DNA from: Botryllus schlosseri
Taxonomy: Eukaryota
DNA: 64,000 bases
NCBI GenBank assembly: GCA_051294905.1
Contig: CM119373.1
Location: forward strand, 30,132,001-30,196,000
Direction: 5' to 3'
Of the stretch, positions 22,917 through 36,294 are shown piece after piece. The position numbers were made by a program, and so were the translations under genes. The notes under the pieces were generated by a model that had not been told where the DNA came from, did no database searches, and worked only from the letters and a program-made list of their open reading frames with translations. How positions within the stretch are numbered: the stretch's first letter is position 1; each line of letters starts with the position of its first letter.

Positions 22917-25835
22917 TTATGCTGTCCTACGCTCCGACTCACCGCAATCGCGTACAGAGGAGATCGAGGATGTCGTTCGCAAGGCCGCTGTTAACGCGGC
23001 GTACGAGTATCTTCGGGCGTGCGACCACAGCCATTACGGCGCACTGTGCGACAGGTTTGAGGGGGGCACTTACCCGAACGCCTGAACTTCCCACAGTTGT
23101 ACAACTTTATCTATGTCGAGACTGCGATCTGGCCTCTGCTATACCCGTTCAGAGACAAGGACACCGGTCATCGTCAGCGCGCGAAGGTCTCGTTCACGTT
23201 GAAAATTCTAAGCGGTCTTGTCGATTATCCTTGCACGTATCCTCTGGTGCGATTTCAGTACGATCGGTAAGTCGTTTAATTTTTTCGTTGATAGCCCTTG
23301 TAACGTTGACTTTATCGGTTGTAGCTGGATGTACAAGATCGTGACTGGCGCCGTTACAGTTGCTGGGGCTTTGAGCTGTTCGCCTGCGCGAGCCTTTGAC
23401 TTGAATAAGTTTACGCCAACGTTTTGGGAGTGGCAGCTCGCGTACGTTTTGGACGCTGTGCCTCAGTACGGATTCCCGCAAGTGTTCTTGACCGTCAGTC
23501 CGTACGAATGGACCTTTCCGTACGCCACCGACGTGAAGGACGGCATGTCAGCTTTAGGCAGTGGACCTACGCAGTGCGCGGCATCGGCGCCCGTAAATTT
23601 AGCGCACGTATTGGAACAGGTATTGAGGGGTTACGTGTCGGGAATAGGCGGCCGTGCACGTTGGAAAACCAACCTTTTCGAGAACGTTCCGTCAGGCGAA
23701 TCGAACGTCGTGACCTTCTTCTTCTACAGGTATGACGGGCCTCTGCGTTTTCATTACGTTCCGCGTTAACATCTCTTTATTCAGGTTCGAGTTTCAACGT
23801 CGCGGGACTGTTCACGTACATAACATAGCTTGGCTGCGTGACATCGAGCTGTTCGATCTCGCACGCATATCGACGGACTTACCTGAAGGCGATCGTGAGT
23901 TCGCTTTGTTGGTCTACAACACCCAGAAGAGCCGTTCCGCGGTCCTCGGCGTCGAATTCCGCTCCGAGCTCAGCTCGGAGGTCGTTGGTGATCGGCCGTG
24001 GGTCCAGCTGCAACGATTGACTAGCGCTCATTCTCTCAACTTGAGGATATACTCTCCTGCCATCGTTGAGTTGGCTGTTGAGTTGGCTGGCTTGCGCTGT
24101 TCCATGGACATTCAGTTCAGTGACGGCAGGGGACTGCTCCTCAAATACATCGCCTGGTACAAGTTTTCCGATCAATCGGTTCCCCGCAATATATTGTTCA
24201 GTTCGGTGGCGGCTGGCGCTTTAGCTTCAAGATACATCTCGTGCTTGTCGCCGGCGGAACCGGAAATGGTTATGGCTCTCGCGGACGTGAGAATGGCGTA
24301 CACCGCCTGACACTAAAAGGTACCTTGTGCCGACACTGGAGCGCTCCGCCGATGACAACGTGGTCAAGGCTTACATGTCGCGTTTCGTGTCGGACGAATG
24401 CATGACGCTTTCCGCATATCTCGGAAGCTACACCGTCACGCGCGGTTCCAGCGCCCATAAACGCCATGTGGCTAGGCCTGTTTTGGTAGGTCTGAAATTC
24501 GTGTCCGTACTGAACGACGTCTATTCTTCACAAGATGCTCTCCTTTCGACGCCGTTACGCAGCTTGGAAGACCTGTACCACGACGCGAAACCTACTTTGC
24601 CGTCGGAGCTGCATATGTTTTCCTTTGCCATATCCAACTGGTCCGGGTTTTGGTCCAGCAGGGACAACGTTCTGGAAATGTGCAGCGTTCGCGGTGATAG
24701 GGCCCATTTTGCCGATACTTTCCTTTCGTGCGTTGCCAGTTATTTCCAGGTGTGGAACGGCTACGTCAACGGCACTTTCACGAACGCTCAACTCGAGGAT
24801 CCGTATCCGACCGTTTCACTCGTTGTGCGGCCCTCACGGGACAGGAAAGTCGTTGTGCCTTACTCGCGTTGCGGTCCTTTCTCAGGAGGAAGGTGCTCGG
24901 GTGTTAGTCGTGGTGCCGACCGGACTCCTCGTTTCCACGTACAAGGCCAAACTGGGACGCGACGTTACGTGCGAAACCGTACACGCCGCGTTTCTCATCA
25001 ACGTCAGATAAGAGGGCTCGCGTTTGACAAAGGTTAACTGAAGGTTGCGTGAGTTCGACCTGAGAGTAATCGACGAAATTTCGATGATTCCGGTGCGTCA
25101 ATCAAACCACATTTATTTGTCTCTGCGCAACGCTGCTCCGGACGCCGTTGTCACTTTCTTTGGAGATCAGCGTCAGCCTGCCGGAGACGAAGGCGTGACG
25201 GAGAGCATGTTTAGCAACAGGTCTCTGATGTCGCAATGCGAGCGGATGACGCTGTTGCATCAGTGCAGGACGTCTGACGTTGCCTTGGAACAGTTCCTAG
25301 CTCTTTGCCGTCACGGTCGACCGTCCGAGATCCAGCCGGCTACCTTTGCTGAAGGGCAGGTGCTCGTCGACACAGACTACGCGACCGAAGAGGACCTTTC
25401 GTCGATTCGAACGTCTCGTCCGGACCATCTGGTAATCGCTTTCACCAACAGTTCTGTGCGTAGATACAACCTCCTCGGCAGGGTGGAACGTTTTGCAGAC
25501 GAGTTGCCCGAGCTGAACGGACGTTATCCGACATGCGACGGTGTCCCGGAACCAATTTACGTTGGCATGCAGGTCGTCCTGACGGAAAACAGGCAGAAAG
25601 TCAGGTAGTACGTTAACGGTCAACGTGGTGTCGTCAAGGCGACCGTCCTTGTCGAAATACCTTCTGGAACGATCATCCGGTTCGCTCCCCCAAAGGCGTT
25701 TACTATCCTTTTGCTCTCGCATACGCTTCGACCATTCATAAGGTGCAAGGACCTGGACAAAGTGGCGGTTTGGTGTGATCGGACGCGTGTTCCGCCGGGC
25801 TGCGCGTACGTAGCTCTGTCTTGAGTGAGGCGTTC
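22917..25835 (+). mobile_element. Helitron Rep-helicase relic (Helentron/Helitron2-like)
   Basis: Rep motifs YGFPQVFLTVSP, R|FEFQRRGTVHVHNIAW (intron 23730-23784), GLLLKYIAWY and EPEM. PIF1 helicase motifs CGPHGTGKS, VPTG, TVHAAF, VIDEISMI, FFGDQRQ, VNGQRGVV and YVALS. Several frameshifts. Visibly more GC-rich than its flanks. Confidence 0.92.
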
Positions 25836-26369
25836 GGGAGACATTTTTTCATGGTCCCACCGCTCGCTCACCTGCCACTTCGACAACGTCAGGTTCGACA
25901 CTTGATCGGGTCGTCACATCCATATTCTTTCATGTTTATATATGTTATCTTTTCGTTAGTTGGGTGGTTCTCAATGCGTTTATTGTACGCGCACGAGCCT
26001 CCACGTGGCAGCATCGGAAACGCGTCCTTGCGGCTAATACGTGCTTAAACCTATTCCGGATTTGTACCGTGCCTTACGTGTACCTTCTCTTTTCAGATGG
26101 AGATGGGATCACCGAGGTGCATCGCTACGTTCATTAGCCGCTAATAATTCTATCGCTTGTTTCTCGTTCGATGTCTTTGCTTCAAATACAAACTCATTAA
26201 TTATACCGTTTGTTACGCTTGTCTTTTGCTGCGTTGTCGATGGAGTGGTCAAGCTTGTCTTTTGCTTCGTTGTCGATAGAGCGGTCATGGTCACGTTGTA
26301 CCGGGTGCCAGCTACTATTGTGATCCTTTCTGACTTGTCAAATTTTTAAACAAAACTTGAAAACATATA

Positions 26370-26830
26370 GCCCCGGCGAGCCGCCGAAGCGACCTGCCGA
26401 GACCTCAAATAAATCTTTTATCCGGCCGACTACGACGGACTTGTGAGCTTTCGAAAACAAACTGTGTGAAAGAAATAGACGAGCCGCCGACGTAACCGGT
26501 CTCAAACAAATGGGACAAAAAACAAAATAAACAAGCACCCGACTTCGCGTTTCAGTTTATGTTAGTTCATTTCGATGCTGGCGAGTTCGATGCTGGCGCC
26601 GATCTCGCTTAACGAGTTTTCGGTCGCCGACATCTCGCACGTGCTCGCAATGAGCATTTTCCTAGTCTTTCCGGTTGGCCCCGGTCTCACGGCGACGATA
26701 GCGCAGTCGCTGTCCGTTTCGCGACTCTCCGCTTCCGCTTTTCGGACTTTGTCTGATTTAAAAAAATAGTGGCGAAAAAAATGGCCCCGACGAGCCGCCG
26801 AGACCTCAAATGAAACCGTCACCACCACCT
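26370..26830. repeat. Dispersed repeat with CGACGAGCCGCCGA(A/G)...GACCTCAAAT motifs, related in inverse orientation to 36295-36860
   Basis: GGCCCCGACGAGCCGCCGAGACCTCAAATGAAACCGTCACC (about 26783-26823) resembles the reverse complement of GGTGACGGTGAGG..TTCGGCGGCTCGTCGGGCC. Confidence 0.55.
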
Positions 26831-27369
26831 TCTCCTTCACAAATATTCCGGAATGCGATTTTAATGGGACAACGCAGAGTCTATGTCCTCAATATGCTGC
26901 GTCAGGGCTTGCCTTGCAAAATTTCTCACCCTCACCAGGACTTCTCGTAATCGGAGCCTGCACACACTCACAATTCCTCGACCAGCACCTGGTTTCGGTC
27001 TTCCAAAAGGACCTCGTGGTAATCTCGCGTCAATTCGGCCACCTTTTCCTCGGCCGGGTCGTGCACCGTCTCTCGGGGCGTCCCACAATGGGAGCAGAGC
27101 AGACCCACTTATGGCTATGTTCGCTATTACTCATTATAATGATGTAAACGCAAGATCATTACATTATACGAGGCGGAACGATATTTTCGACCCGGGGTGG
27201 CGACCGGGTTCGCAACCTGCTCAGTGCTCATGCAGCCCCCACCATATTAGTCTTTTTTTGAGAACCCTGCTGATTTTTTTCGGCTCCAAGAAGTTCGAAA
27301 TAAAAACGCGGCAACACGCCGGCGCTCGCGCCTCAGAGGCATGACTGCGACGTATCGCGCTCTTGCCAT

Positions 27370-27439
27370 GAATCTTACGGCCGAAAAGTCCAACCGAATT
27401 TTTCGAATCTTACGGCCGAAAAGTCCAACCGAATTTTTC
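27370..27439. repeat. Perfect 35-bp tandem duplication
   Basis: GAATCTTACGGCCGAAAAGTCCAACCGAATTTTTC x2. Confidence 0.95.
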
Positions 27440-28259
27440 GGACTTCGTCCGATTTCAAAAAAACCTTGGCAAAAAAAACCGACCAGCCGAGATTCGATCA
27501 ATATTTTTCGGTCAAAGTTCGCGGCCCACCTGCTCATGTGAAATAGCCATATCATGCCAAGAGAAGTCAGTCATCCCGCTACTACGGGAACGGCGGAAAC
27601 TCGTGAAAATATATCGAATACTGTGACGGAATGAATTCGTATCTTGGCAAGCCAAGTTATTCGATACGAAGGCTCGCGCATGAAGCAGGTCTGGCCAGTG
27701 ACCATCGCCGCTCTATATATAGTTAAATCACTGAGTAGCACCGTTATCAAACCATTCACACAAATAAAGCAGACATTTCGATTACAAGCGACTGTCGGTT
27801 TTAGACATGTCAAAACAGTTTTGCTCGACGCGTTCGTTGTCTTCACGATTCTCGTAGAACATGACGATACCAATTCCGAAAGCGGACCTATGGTTCCAGC
27901 CACAAGCCGCTTTTACACCTGACGACTGCTACGGCCCTTTAATCTGACAAGTGCTGCCGACTTTGAATCTGCCGATCGACCGACGCTGTTCATTTATCCT
28001 TAGTCCGTTGACGTTTTCTGTTATACGATAGATAAAGGCCAGGCCAACGTATTCGCCGACTCTCTGTTGCGGACCCTAGAGAGAAACATGACGTAATCTA
28101 TACCCAGTTAGCGTGTCATAGCGACACTCCGCACGAAGACGAAAAGAAGGCGATAGACTACACAAATTACAATTGGTCACCTACTCCTCCAACAAAGTCA
28201 TCCCGCAGATTTTTTGCGATCGTAGTCCGCCGACCGATGATTTCATCAAAGAGCGCCTG

Positions 28260-30450
28260 AAGACGTATTCGTGCGAGTGGCAGTCGCGGCCAGGATATGG
28301 GCGCTTCTGAGCGTGCGGCGACAGTAATCAAGTGCAAACATATCACGCCGGAGTCGGAGATTGTCACCGATGAAGCGTGCAAGTCGCGCAGGTAGCTCTT
28401 AATGCCAAACTGAAGGAAAAGAATGTAATGTGCGTCGGTGGTAGTGGAATATTGAACCCTTTCTTTCATGCATGCTTCTGAGTTTTGAATGCTCGGTGCA
28501 AGTCAAGGGTGTGGATGCTTCAAGCCCATCATTATTGTTGCATCCTAACTCCAAGCCTGTCATTGTTGTTTCACCTCAACTCAAAGCCTTTCATTATTGT
28601 TTCACCCTTTCATTATTGTTTCACCCTCACCCTCATTATTATTTCACCCTACCCTTTCATTATTATTTCACCCTAACTCCAAGACTGTCATTACTGTTAC
28701 ACCCTAACTCCTGTCATTTCAACGGCGATCATCAACAAAATTCAGCAACAGACACAATTATCTTTGTAGCAAGTGTGTAACACGAAAAATTATTTCACAA
28801 TAATTACAAAGCTAGTCAGATTACGAAGCTATAGTAACTTTACACTACGGTACCACGTCCTACTTTTTCAGGTTTTTGAAAATGTCCTCCGTGGACGCGG
28901 TAATGTTCAACTGTTAAGCTTCTAGGGCTGACATAGGGGATAGATCCGAGTGAAAATGGGCATAGCTAAATAGGAAAATCCGTGGTTCGAACGAAAGTCG
29001 ACCTTACCGGTAGTACCACAAATTTACTAAGATATACTAATATATTTTAATTCATTAGGGATTATGAGTACATCGTCCATGCCGATAATGCGTCCATGCA
29101 GCTAATTCAAATGTTCTCGCGTCGAAGAACTTACGTGTAAGGTCCGTACACACCCGCACGCTGCGCCACATTATCGTGAAAGACGGGAAAGTGCCCACAG
29201 GCCGGAAAAAATCCCGTCGCGGGGGCCCGTACGTTGCCCGTCCTTGACCAATAACAATTTTCGCCCAGCTATCTAATTCTATCCAGGCTTCGAAACAAGA
29301 CATTGTATAGACTTCGAAACGAGACAACAAATGAACTGAAACTATCCTTTGTCGTCGTGAACTATCGTTAATGTACGATCAAGGTCCCCGTCGGTCAGCG
29401 CGGCGCTGTCTCAAGTATTAACTTCGGCGGGATGATAGACAAGCACGTCGTCGTTACGATTAACAGCCTCCCGTCGTGGAAGAACAACATGTCGTTGCCG
29501 TTTTATGGCACTGCAACAGTGGATTTTTCAACGAAGGAATAAGCTTTTTGTCGAGGACTGATCAATTCAACCATTTCAGGAACATCCGTAATCTATACGT
29601 CACCCACTACCATGCTTTGATGGTTCTACTGGAAAAAACTAGAGTCAGTCTGACGAGCTTCAAGAACGGAAGCGAGGTACCAAATTTGTAAGCGAGGACG
29701 CGTTATATTCTGGACAGAAAACTTGACAGACTTACATGCGAAATTGACAGAGAACTGCTGTTTCCGCGACGAAGATAACGGCCATCTCAGCAAGGAGGTA
29801 CTTCGTGTGGGAAGAATTGGAGTTCGCACAACTGCGTGCCAGATGTATTCACCATAACCGACGTCCTGCGACCCAAGCAAGGAAATTCACCGCGCGACTC
29901 GGCACCTCCGAGAAGCGCATCACCGCAGACGATCAACCGATTTCGGGAAAATTATGCATACGTGTTTATTTTGTAGGCATGTTCATATGCCATATGCCAT
30001 ATTAGGATTTGATTTCAGCGTAAGGGAAGGGAAGTTGAAGTAAGTATGAAGAAATTGCTAGCTCGAGAATAAGAAAGGTGCTTGCTTAACCGGAACGGTT
30101 CAAAGCGTCATGCACGGTAGTACGATTCGGGCACGGGCGTTGGCCAGAGACGTCCCACATGATTCGTATTGAGCGACGGACAAAATATCGAGTATACAAG
30201 GGACACGGGACGAGACACTACCACTGTATTATAGTTGACTTGCTTAAACGCCATCTCTCCTCAGTACAAGATGGTAGAGATAATCCGGATCCTAATTCTA
30301 ATCGACTAAAACACACGGCCTTTAGTTTAGTTCAAACAGGAATGCTGTTAAAAGACGAATGGTAGCAGTCCATTGCATAGGGCGATGTCGCGCGCATTCA
30401 ATCAGGTAATCGAGGAGGCCGTTGTACTAAACAACGGAGACGTCGTCCAG
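28260..30450 (+). repeat. Large dispersed repeat, copy 1 (partner 51130-54000)
   Basis: Colinear shared blocks include GACGTATTCGTGC.AGTGGC, CCGTACGTTGCCCGTCC, GAGAACTGCTGTTT..CGACGAAGATAACGGCCAT, GACGATCAACCGATTTCGGG and TTGGCCAGAGACGTCCCA. Confidence 0.85.
28505..28720. repeat. Minisatellite of TCATTATTGTTTCACCCT-type units
   Basis: About seven degenerate units, some with AACTCCAAGCCTG spacers. Confidence 0.8.
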
Positions 30451-31807
30451 CAGCCACGCCCCTTACCGCTATATAAGATAGGTTTCCGGCGAAATCAGTC
30501 CGTCTCGGTATATGCTTGAGCCGACGTACGGGATTGTGTCTGTCGACTGTAGTGGCGCAATATTAGATAACTAACCTACGGATTGATACGCAACACCCGT
30601 TGTCACGCTTGCTTGCCCGGAGGAAATTACTGCTCACTGTGCTCAGCCATCTGAACGCAACGCCATTGCTAACCCCATTGCTGGTGACCCGCGAGCTTAA
30701 AGTCAATAAGGTTGATCTTATTTGAAAGCTACTGTCGCACTGATTCCGAAAATATACATCGAAATCTAATTAATAATCAAGGCAATGGAACTCCCTTGAA
30801 ACGCACATCAAAGTTCGAAAATCGGCATTGTTCTGAACAATTGCAATCACGCGTCGTTGCGATTTTATTTACTCGTGATGCGTATTTGGTTGTATTGTAG
30901 TATTTGGTTGCATTGTATTTTGGTTGTATTACGCGTGAGTATCGATTAACGGCTTGCTACAGGTGCAGATGAAGACGACGCGGTGCCGCTGAGGCAATAG
31001 GCTGGACTAACTGTAACCTACCGTGAATACTAGTATACCTTTGACGTACCTAGGCTAATCTTCCTCACCTAGGCTAGCTTTCTTCTTCTACTTACTTCTT
31101 TTCGACGACGAAAGATTTCCTTTTCCACTCGAATCACCTTTTGACTCAAACCTTCTACCTCCTCGAGACTTGACTCGTCTTCGGGAGTCAATTCTCGTTG
31201 GAGTCTATTCTCTTCAAGACTTGACTCAGTCTTTTCTTTGGAGATTTGACTGACTGTCTCTCTCGATTCAAGTCTCAACTTTCACCCCTTCTCTCGCGCC
31301 TCTCTCTGAGACGTCGAGAGACTGGCTGGCTTCTCTGACGTTTAGCTAACTTCCATCTGACGTCAGACATCTTTCGATACTGCAGTATCGGTTTGGGCGT
31401 TCAGAAAGCGCCCTTTGAAACTGCGGTACCGAATACCGATTTGCTAGGCGCTTGCAGCCTGTTACACGGGTAAACACTGTGAAGGCGAGCTGTAAGATGG
31501 CTTGTGCAGCCGTCATACACAAAACAACCAGAGGATAACATACGGCCATAGACCACGCTCTCTGGATATCATCATACCACCAGAGAGCAAAGCTGCAGAG
31601 ATAGTGGACGCTTTCATTACCCATCCACTCTTAAAGCCACTAAAACATGGAATATCCTCTATATTCCAGATTGGAAGGTCGAATTAGTTACAGGATGGAA
31701 ACCCACGCAGCCAATTGCCCGAACCAGACAGCATGTCTGCTGTGTAAGGAAAATACGGTCATTTCATTTCTATGAATTGATGCCGAATAAAATATTACAA
31801 ACAAAAA

Positions 31808-31897
31808 TGTAGGTGGTTTCCTTCGGTGCGCAGTTGGAAGCGCATTTGCCGGTGTAGGTGGTTTCCTTCGGTATGCAATTTGAAACGCATTTGTCGA
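31808..31897. repeat. Diverged 45-bp tandem duplication
   Basis: TGTAGGTGGTTTCCTTCGGT..GCA.TT.GAA.CGCATTTG x2. Confidence 0.9.
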
Positions 31898-32389
31898 ACA
31901 AAATCGTGCAGTTGCCAGGTAACTAAGGTGCTACGTACACGGATGGAAGTGATGATCGTGGCATCCAGCCGACTTCTCTGACTCATCTTTCGCCGATTTG
32001 GATAAAAGGCGCTTTGGTTAAAAGATGAGGCTTCATTAGATGTGGCCTGGAAGGGGGCGGCGGTCTAGTTTACCCGGTTATCGGTACGTACAGCGACACA
32101 CACTTGTCCTCACTGTATTTGTAGTTTCAGGCCCAATGGTGTTCGACTGTGCGTCTTATCTGTATACTCAAGTATTGCTATCAGTATTGCTACACGGGCT
32201 GGTGATGAAGTGTGCGAGTGTCGACCTGGGGCAGCACAACAAACACCTACGGCCCACTTTCTGCCGTAATCAGAAGGAAACGATCGAGGATGATTCTGGC
32301 AGTAAACGATGCGAAATTCCTGCTGACATCATCGAGCGGAAATTTCGTGCCGACGCCGCCGTTGAGGTTTCTGATAATGATGCTGCTTT

Positions 32390-34527
32390 TCCTTGGTGGA
32401 TGACTCAGCACAGTAACCGGGGCAACCTGGCTTCTGCTGTTGACGACGAGCGGATTACTTCGTTAGAGGTAGCGGGAGTACTGGCGACCTTGAACACAAG
32501 TAATTCGCCAGGCTCCGATGGTCTCGTCTCACCTATGGATTTTGGAAACGCTTTGGCCCCAAGGGAGAAATCCTCTCTGGAGCTTTTCGAAATTTGTAGG
32601 CGTTGCCGACGAATTCCACTTGTGTGGCGCTCGTCGCGGGTAATCCTAATTCCCAAGGACCGCGACGACGACATGCAAGACGTTGGCAACTGGAGACCCG
32701 ATGGTCTCACCTATGGATTTTGGAATCGCTTAGACCCCAAGGGAGAAATCCTCTCTGGAGCTTTTCGGAATTTGTAGGCGTTGCCGACGAATTCCACTTG
32801 TGTGGCGCTCGTCGCTGGTAATATCAATTCCCAAGGACCGCGACGACGGCATGCAAGACGTTGGCAACGGGAGACCCATTGCGCTATTCAGGACGCTGTA
32901 TAAGATCTACGCGTCCGTAATCGCTCGCCCTCTTCAGAGCTGGGCATCTGATGGAGATGTTATCTCTATGGAGCGGAGAGGGTTTGTTCCGCGAATGTGG
33001 GTCTTCGAGCACGTGTTCATGCTTGAGTCCTTGCTTGCGGATGCCAAGTCGTCAAGGCAGGATATTTATCTTGCCTGGCTTGAAATCCGCAATGCGTTTG
33101 GTACCGTTCGGCATGGATCCGTGATCGAAGTCCTGAAGCACTTTCACGCCCCGGAGTATCTGGTGGAGGAGATGACCGATATTTACGCGTCCAACGTGTT
33201 TTCAGTGGCGATCAGCTCTGGTCCGACTGACCCCATTTCAGCGGGGAAGGGCATCCGTCAAGGATGATGGCCTTTATTGGCCATCACCTTCAACCTGGTC
33301 ATGGAGGTTGCTGGGCTTCGGAGCAGCGGTTAACAGTTTTCTGCGGTGGATGGCTTCACTGTCAGAGTTGAGGGTTACGCAGATGACACATGTCTGTGTG
33401 CTTCGTCTCGTGTCCAGCTTCAAGCGCAATTAGATCTGTGCGATGAATTTGCTCGGTGGTCTGGTGTGAAGTTCAAACCCGCCAAGTGTCGTGTTATTAC
33501 CTTGGGGTTCAAGGGAAACCGATCGATCGTGGACTCGGCCCCGTTCCGCCTTGATGGTGGCGAGGTACGGGTCCTCGATTATGACACTTTCTGGCGATAC
33601 CTGGACAAGAACATGGGTGACCAGGCAACCGAGAAAGGTGGGAAGGCCCTTAAAACATTGGAGGCCTATTGTGACAGACTTCTTCCGTCACATCTCACCT
33701 TACAGAAGCTGCTCGCACTGAAGAGGTTCGTTATTCCAAGAATCCTTTTTCAGTTTGAGAATCCGCAAGTTTTTCCACAGCGATCTGCGTCGCCTGGATG
33801 CGCATATCCGCACATTTGTGAAGGTGGAATTCCGTCTCCCTAACAGAGCGTGTCAGCCCTTCTTTCATGCTGGGTTGACGACTGGCGGTCTGGGAATCCC
33901 CAACCTATGCTGCTAAGCAGACGTGTCGAGGCTTTCCCCAGGCCGTCAAGATGGTCAATTCCACTGACCCCTCTGTGCGGGCGGTTGCGCGTGGAAGGTG
34001 GGTGCTGGTCGTCCAGAGGACTTGCCGAGTCCCAGAGGCGTCGGAGACCCTGACAGTCGAGTTCCGAGGTCCGACCCGTTGCTAGGCGTCTCGGTGCTCG
34101 CTGGCTCGTGACCGAAGACGGGCTCTATCAGTTGGCTCTAGGCGCCGACTACTGTCAGGACTTAGAGGTCGTCTAACCAAATTCCTTCACCTGAAGGTGA
34201 ACGAACGTTGGAAGACTCGGTGAATGTAGCTTCCCGACCAATGCAACACTGTGGAGTGCCACAGCCGGTACGGGAGCTCTAATCGCTTCCTCCGGTCTTC
34301 CAACGTCCTGACGGCAGTCGAGCGTAGCTGGATGGTTAAAGCGCGACTGAATCTTCTGCCGCTCCGGTCGATCCGGGGTCGGTTTAGAAAACGTGTAGAG
34401 CCAAGTGTGGTCTGCTGCAAGTGCGGACAGCATACTGAGACCCTGCCCCGCGTACTGAACCACTGCCTGCCAGTGATGGATAGCATCACGAACTGGCACA
34501 ATACGGTACTTGGGGTGCTCCTCTGGT
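32390..34527 (+). mobile_element. RLE-clade non-LTR retrotransposon fragment (R2/NeSL/R4-like): RT plus CCHC knuckle, endonuclease missing
   Basis: WRSSRVILIPK..GNWRPIAL..TLYKIYAS, RRGFVP, LAWLEIRNAFGTVRH, GKGIRQG, VEGYADD, GVKFKPAKC, KARLNLLP, CCKCGQHTETLPRVLNHC and WHNTVL. Stops and frameshifts throughout. Confidence 0.9.
32517..32877. repeat. ~180-bp tandem duplication in RT domains 0-1
   Basis: GATGGTCTC...GGAGACCC occurs at 32517-32699 and 32700-32877 with scattered substitutions. Confidence 0.95.
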
Positions 34528-34814
34528 GATAATGAACCAGAGGATGATGTTGCCAAGAAAGATTACGATCACAAGCGTCATCATAGTGCCAGCTTTTCCG
34601 AAGAGGAGAATCGCAAAATGGACAAAATGGTAATCATGGTGTTAGTCGTCCACAATGGTCATTTACACCTGGCCGATATTCCCTATTTTTTCATTCCATA
34701 ACCGCCAACTGCTGGTAGCACGGCACACGTCCAGGCTTTTGTGAGATACAGCTAAATAATTATGCCGATGAGATGGCGAGGACGATCCTAGATAAAGGTC
34801 CAACACTTAGATAG

Positions 34815-34895
34815 GAATTCTGGAGTCGAACTCGAACCCACAACACATTGGTTTTGTAGCTGTTGATTATACATACAACTGCGCTATCTCGCCAC
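34815..34895 (-). other. Degenerate tRNA-like sequence (SINE head or tRNA pseudogene)
   Basis: The minus strand has an A-box-like GGCGAGATAGCGCAGTTG and a B-box-like GTGGGTTCGAGT with tRNA-like spacing. The D and acceptor stems are broken. Confidence 0.5.
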
Positions 34896-35280
34896 TGACA
34901 AAATTTGTGGTACCGGGCTTATCGGGCTTTTCACCAACAAGAAGGGGCGTGTTTAAAAACTTTGAGAACTACTGCTGTATGACAATGCGGTTCTCAACTC
35001 CACATTGTCATCGTCATTACCGGCGAGAAATCGCTTCGAAATGACATTGTTGTCGTTAAAATACATTCTGTAAATACGATTTATTCCTTGTATAATTGAA
35101 TAAATGAGCGAACAATCTATCGATTCAGCAATCTGGCCCGCCAAGTACCTAATTTTCCCATATCCGGCCCGTTAACTGGTGATGTTGCCCGCCCCTGCTG
35201 TATCAGAACTAGTTCAGTCTCGTACGTGCGATATTTAAAATCTCTACACAGCAAGCTAGGACGTTATATATTTTGACGTC

Positions 35281-35900
35281 AATGACCTAATTTCGCTGGC
35301 GTACAAACGGCAAATCAACTCGGCAGGAGATCGCTTGTTGTTGTGCAGTGCAGACGCTAATTGGCAACACGCTTCTCGCAAATTGGCAGCGAGTAACACT
35401 GATAATACGAGTTACGGGCATGATGGCCGAATGCGATGCGCGATGAGAACAAAGATGAAAAAAGGTGTGATTTCGAATCGAGGGAGATTTTTTTTCGTGG
35501 TTTTGTTGCATAATACGCACCCGTGATTTTGTGACAGATCGGACAGGAAAATTTTGCGCGTCATACAGTGAAAATTACGGTACCGGACTAGATAGTTAAT
35601 CGAAATGTTCGTGTGGCGAATGTTCGTGTGGCGACTAGAAACAATTTATAATCAATTTTTAGACCTGTTTTCGTTAGTTACTTCGCTGTAAGGACGGTTC
35701 AAGATTTGCGGTCAAGCATTGTCATAAATTGTTTCTAGTCGCCGCGCGAACATTAGTTGTCCAAATTTTTTAGTGTCACACCAAAAAAGTTTTCTTTGCC
35801 ATTCTCATCAGGCGACGTCTTCGATTCTAGCTGGATACGAAACGATGAATAATGATAATCACAAATATTTATAAACGGCGAGAGGAATCCATCCACCAAT
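35281..35900 (+). repeat. Dispersed repeat, copy 1 (partner 39933-40370), with a pogo/Tigger-like end motif
   Basis: Shared AATGA.CTAATTTCGCTGG.GTACAAACGGC, GGCAGGAGATCG.TTGTTGTTGTGCAGTGCAGACGCTA, ATTACGGTA and CTAGCTGGATAC. Confidence 0.8.
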
Positions 35901-36294
35901 TCTTAGATCGATGTGCTTTTTTTGGCCGTGTTTCAGAACGCCTTTTCGCTCTTAAATTTAAGAAATGATGCAGATTTACCATGTATTGCATGTTCAGAAA
36001 AATGCTCTGGCGCATTGTGTGGGCGCCAGCCGGCCTCGAAGGCAGGGACGCGTTGCATCGCCGGCTCGTGTCCTTTTTTTTCGAAATTCAACAAGTCGAA
36101 AAAATTCTCAGGGTGAGATCGCAGACCTTCGTAAAGCGCAACTGACTTTGCGTTGTCGTTGCAGGCACCGCTTGCGAGCGCTTCTCGTAAAGACCCTGGA
36201 CCCTGCCGGTCGAGTGCTTCGTGAGAACATCACCGACATAGACTTTGCGCTTGTGTTTGACTTGCGCTTGGGTATTGAAAAGAAAACTCAGGTT

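Noticed and set aside
31069-31278. Charged 69-aa ORF (E/K/R-rich)
   Set aside because: It is explained by purine-rich low complexity with short AGACTTGACTC repeats. No family recognised.
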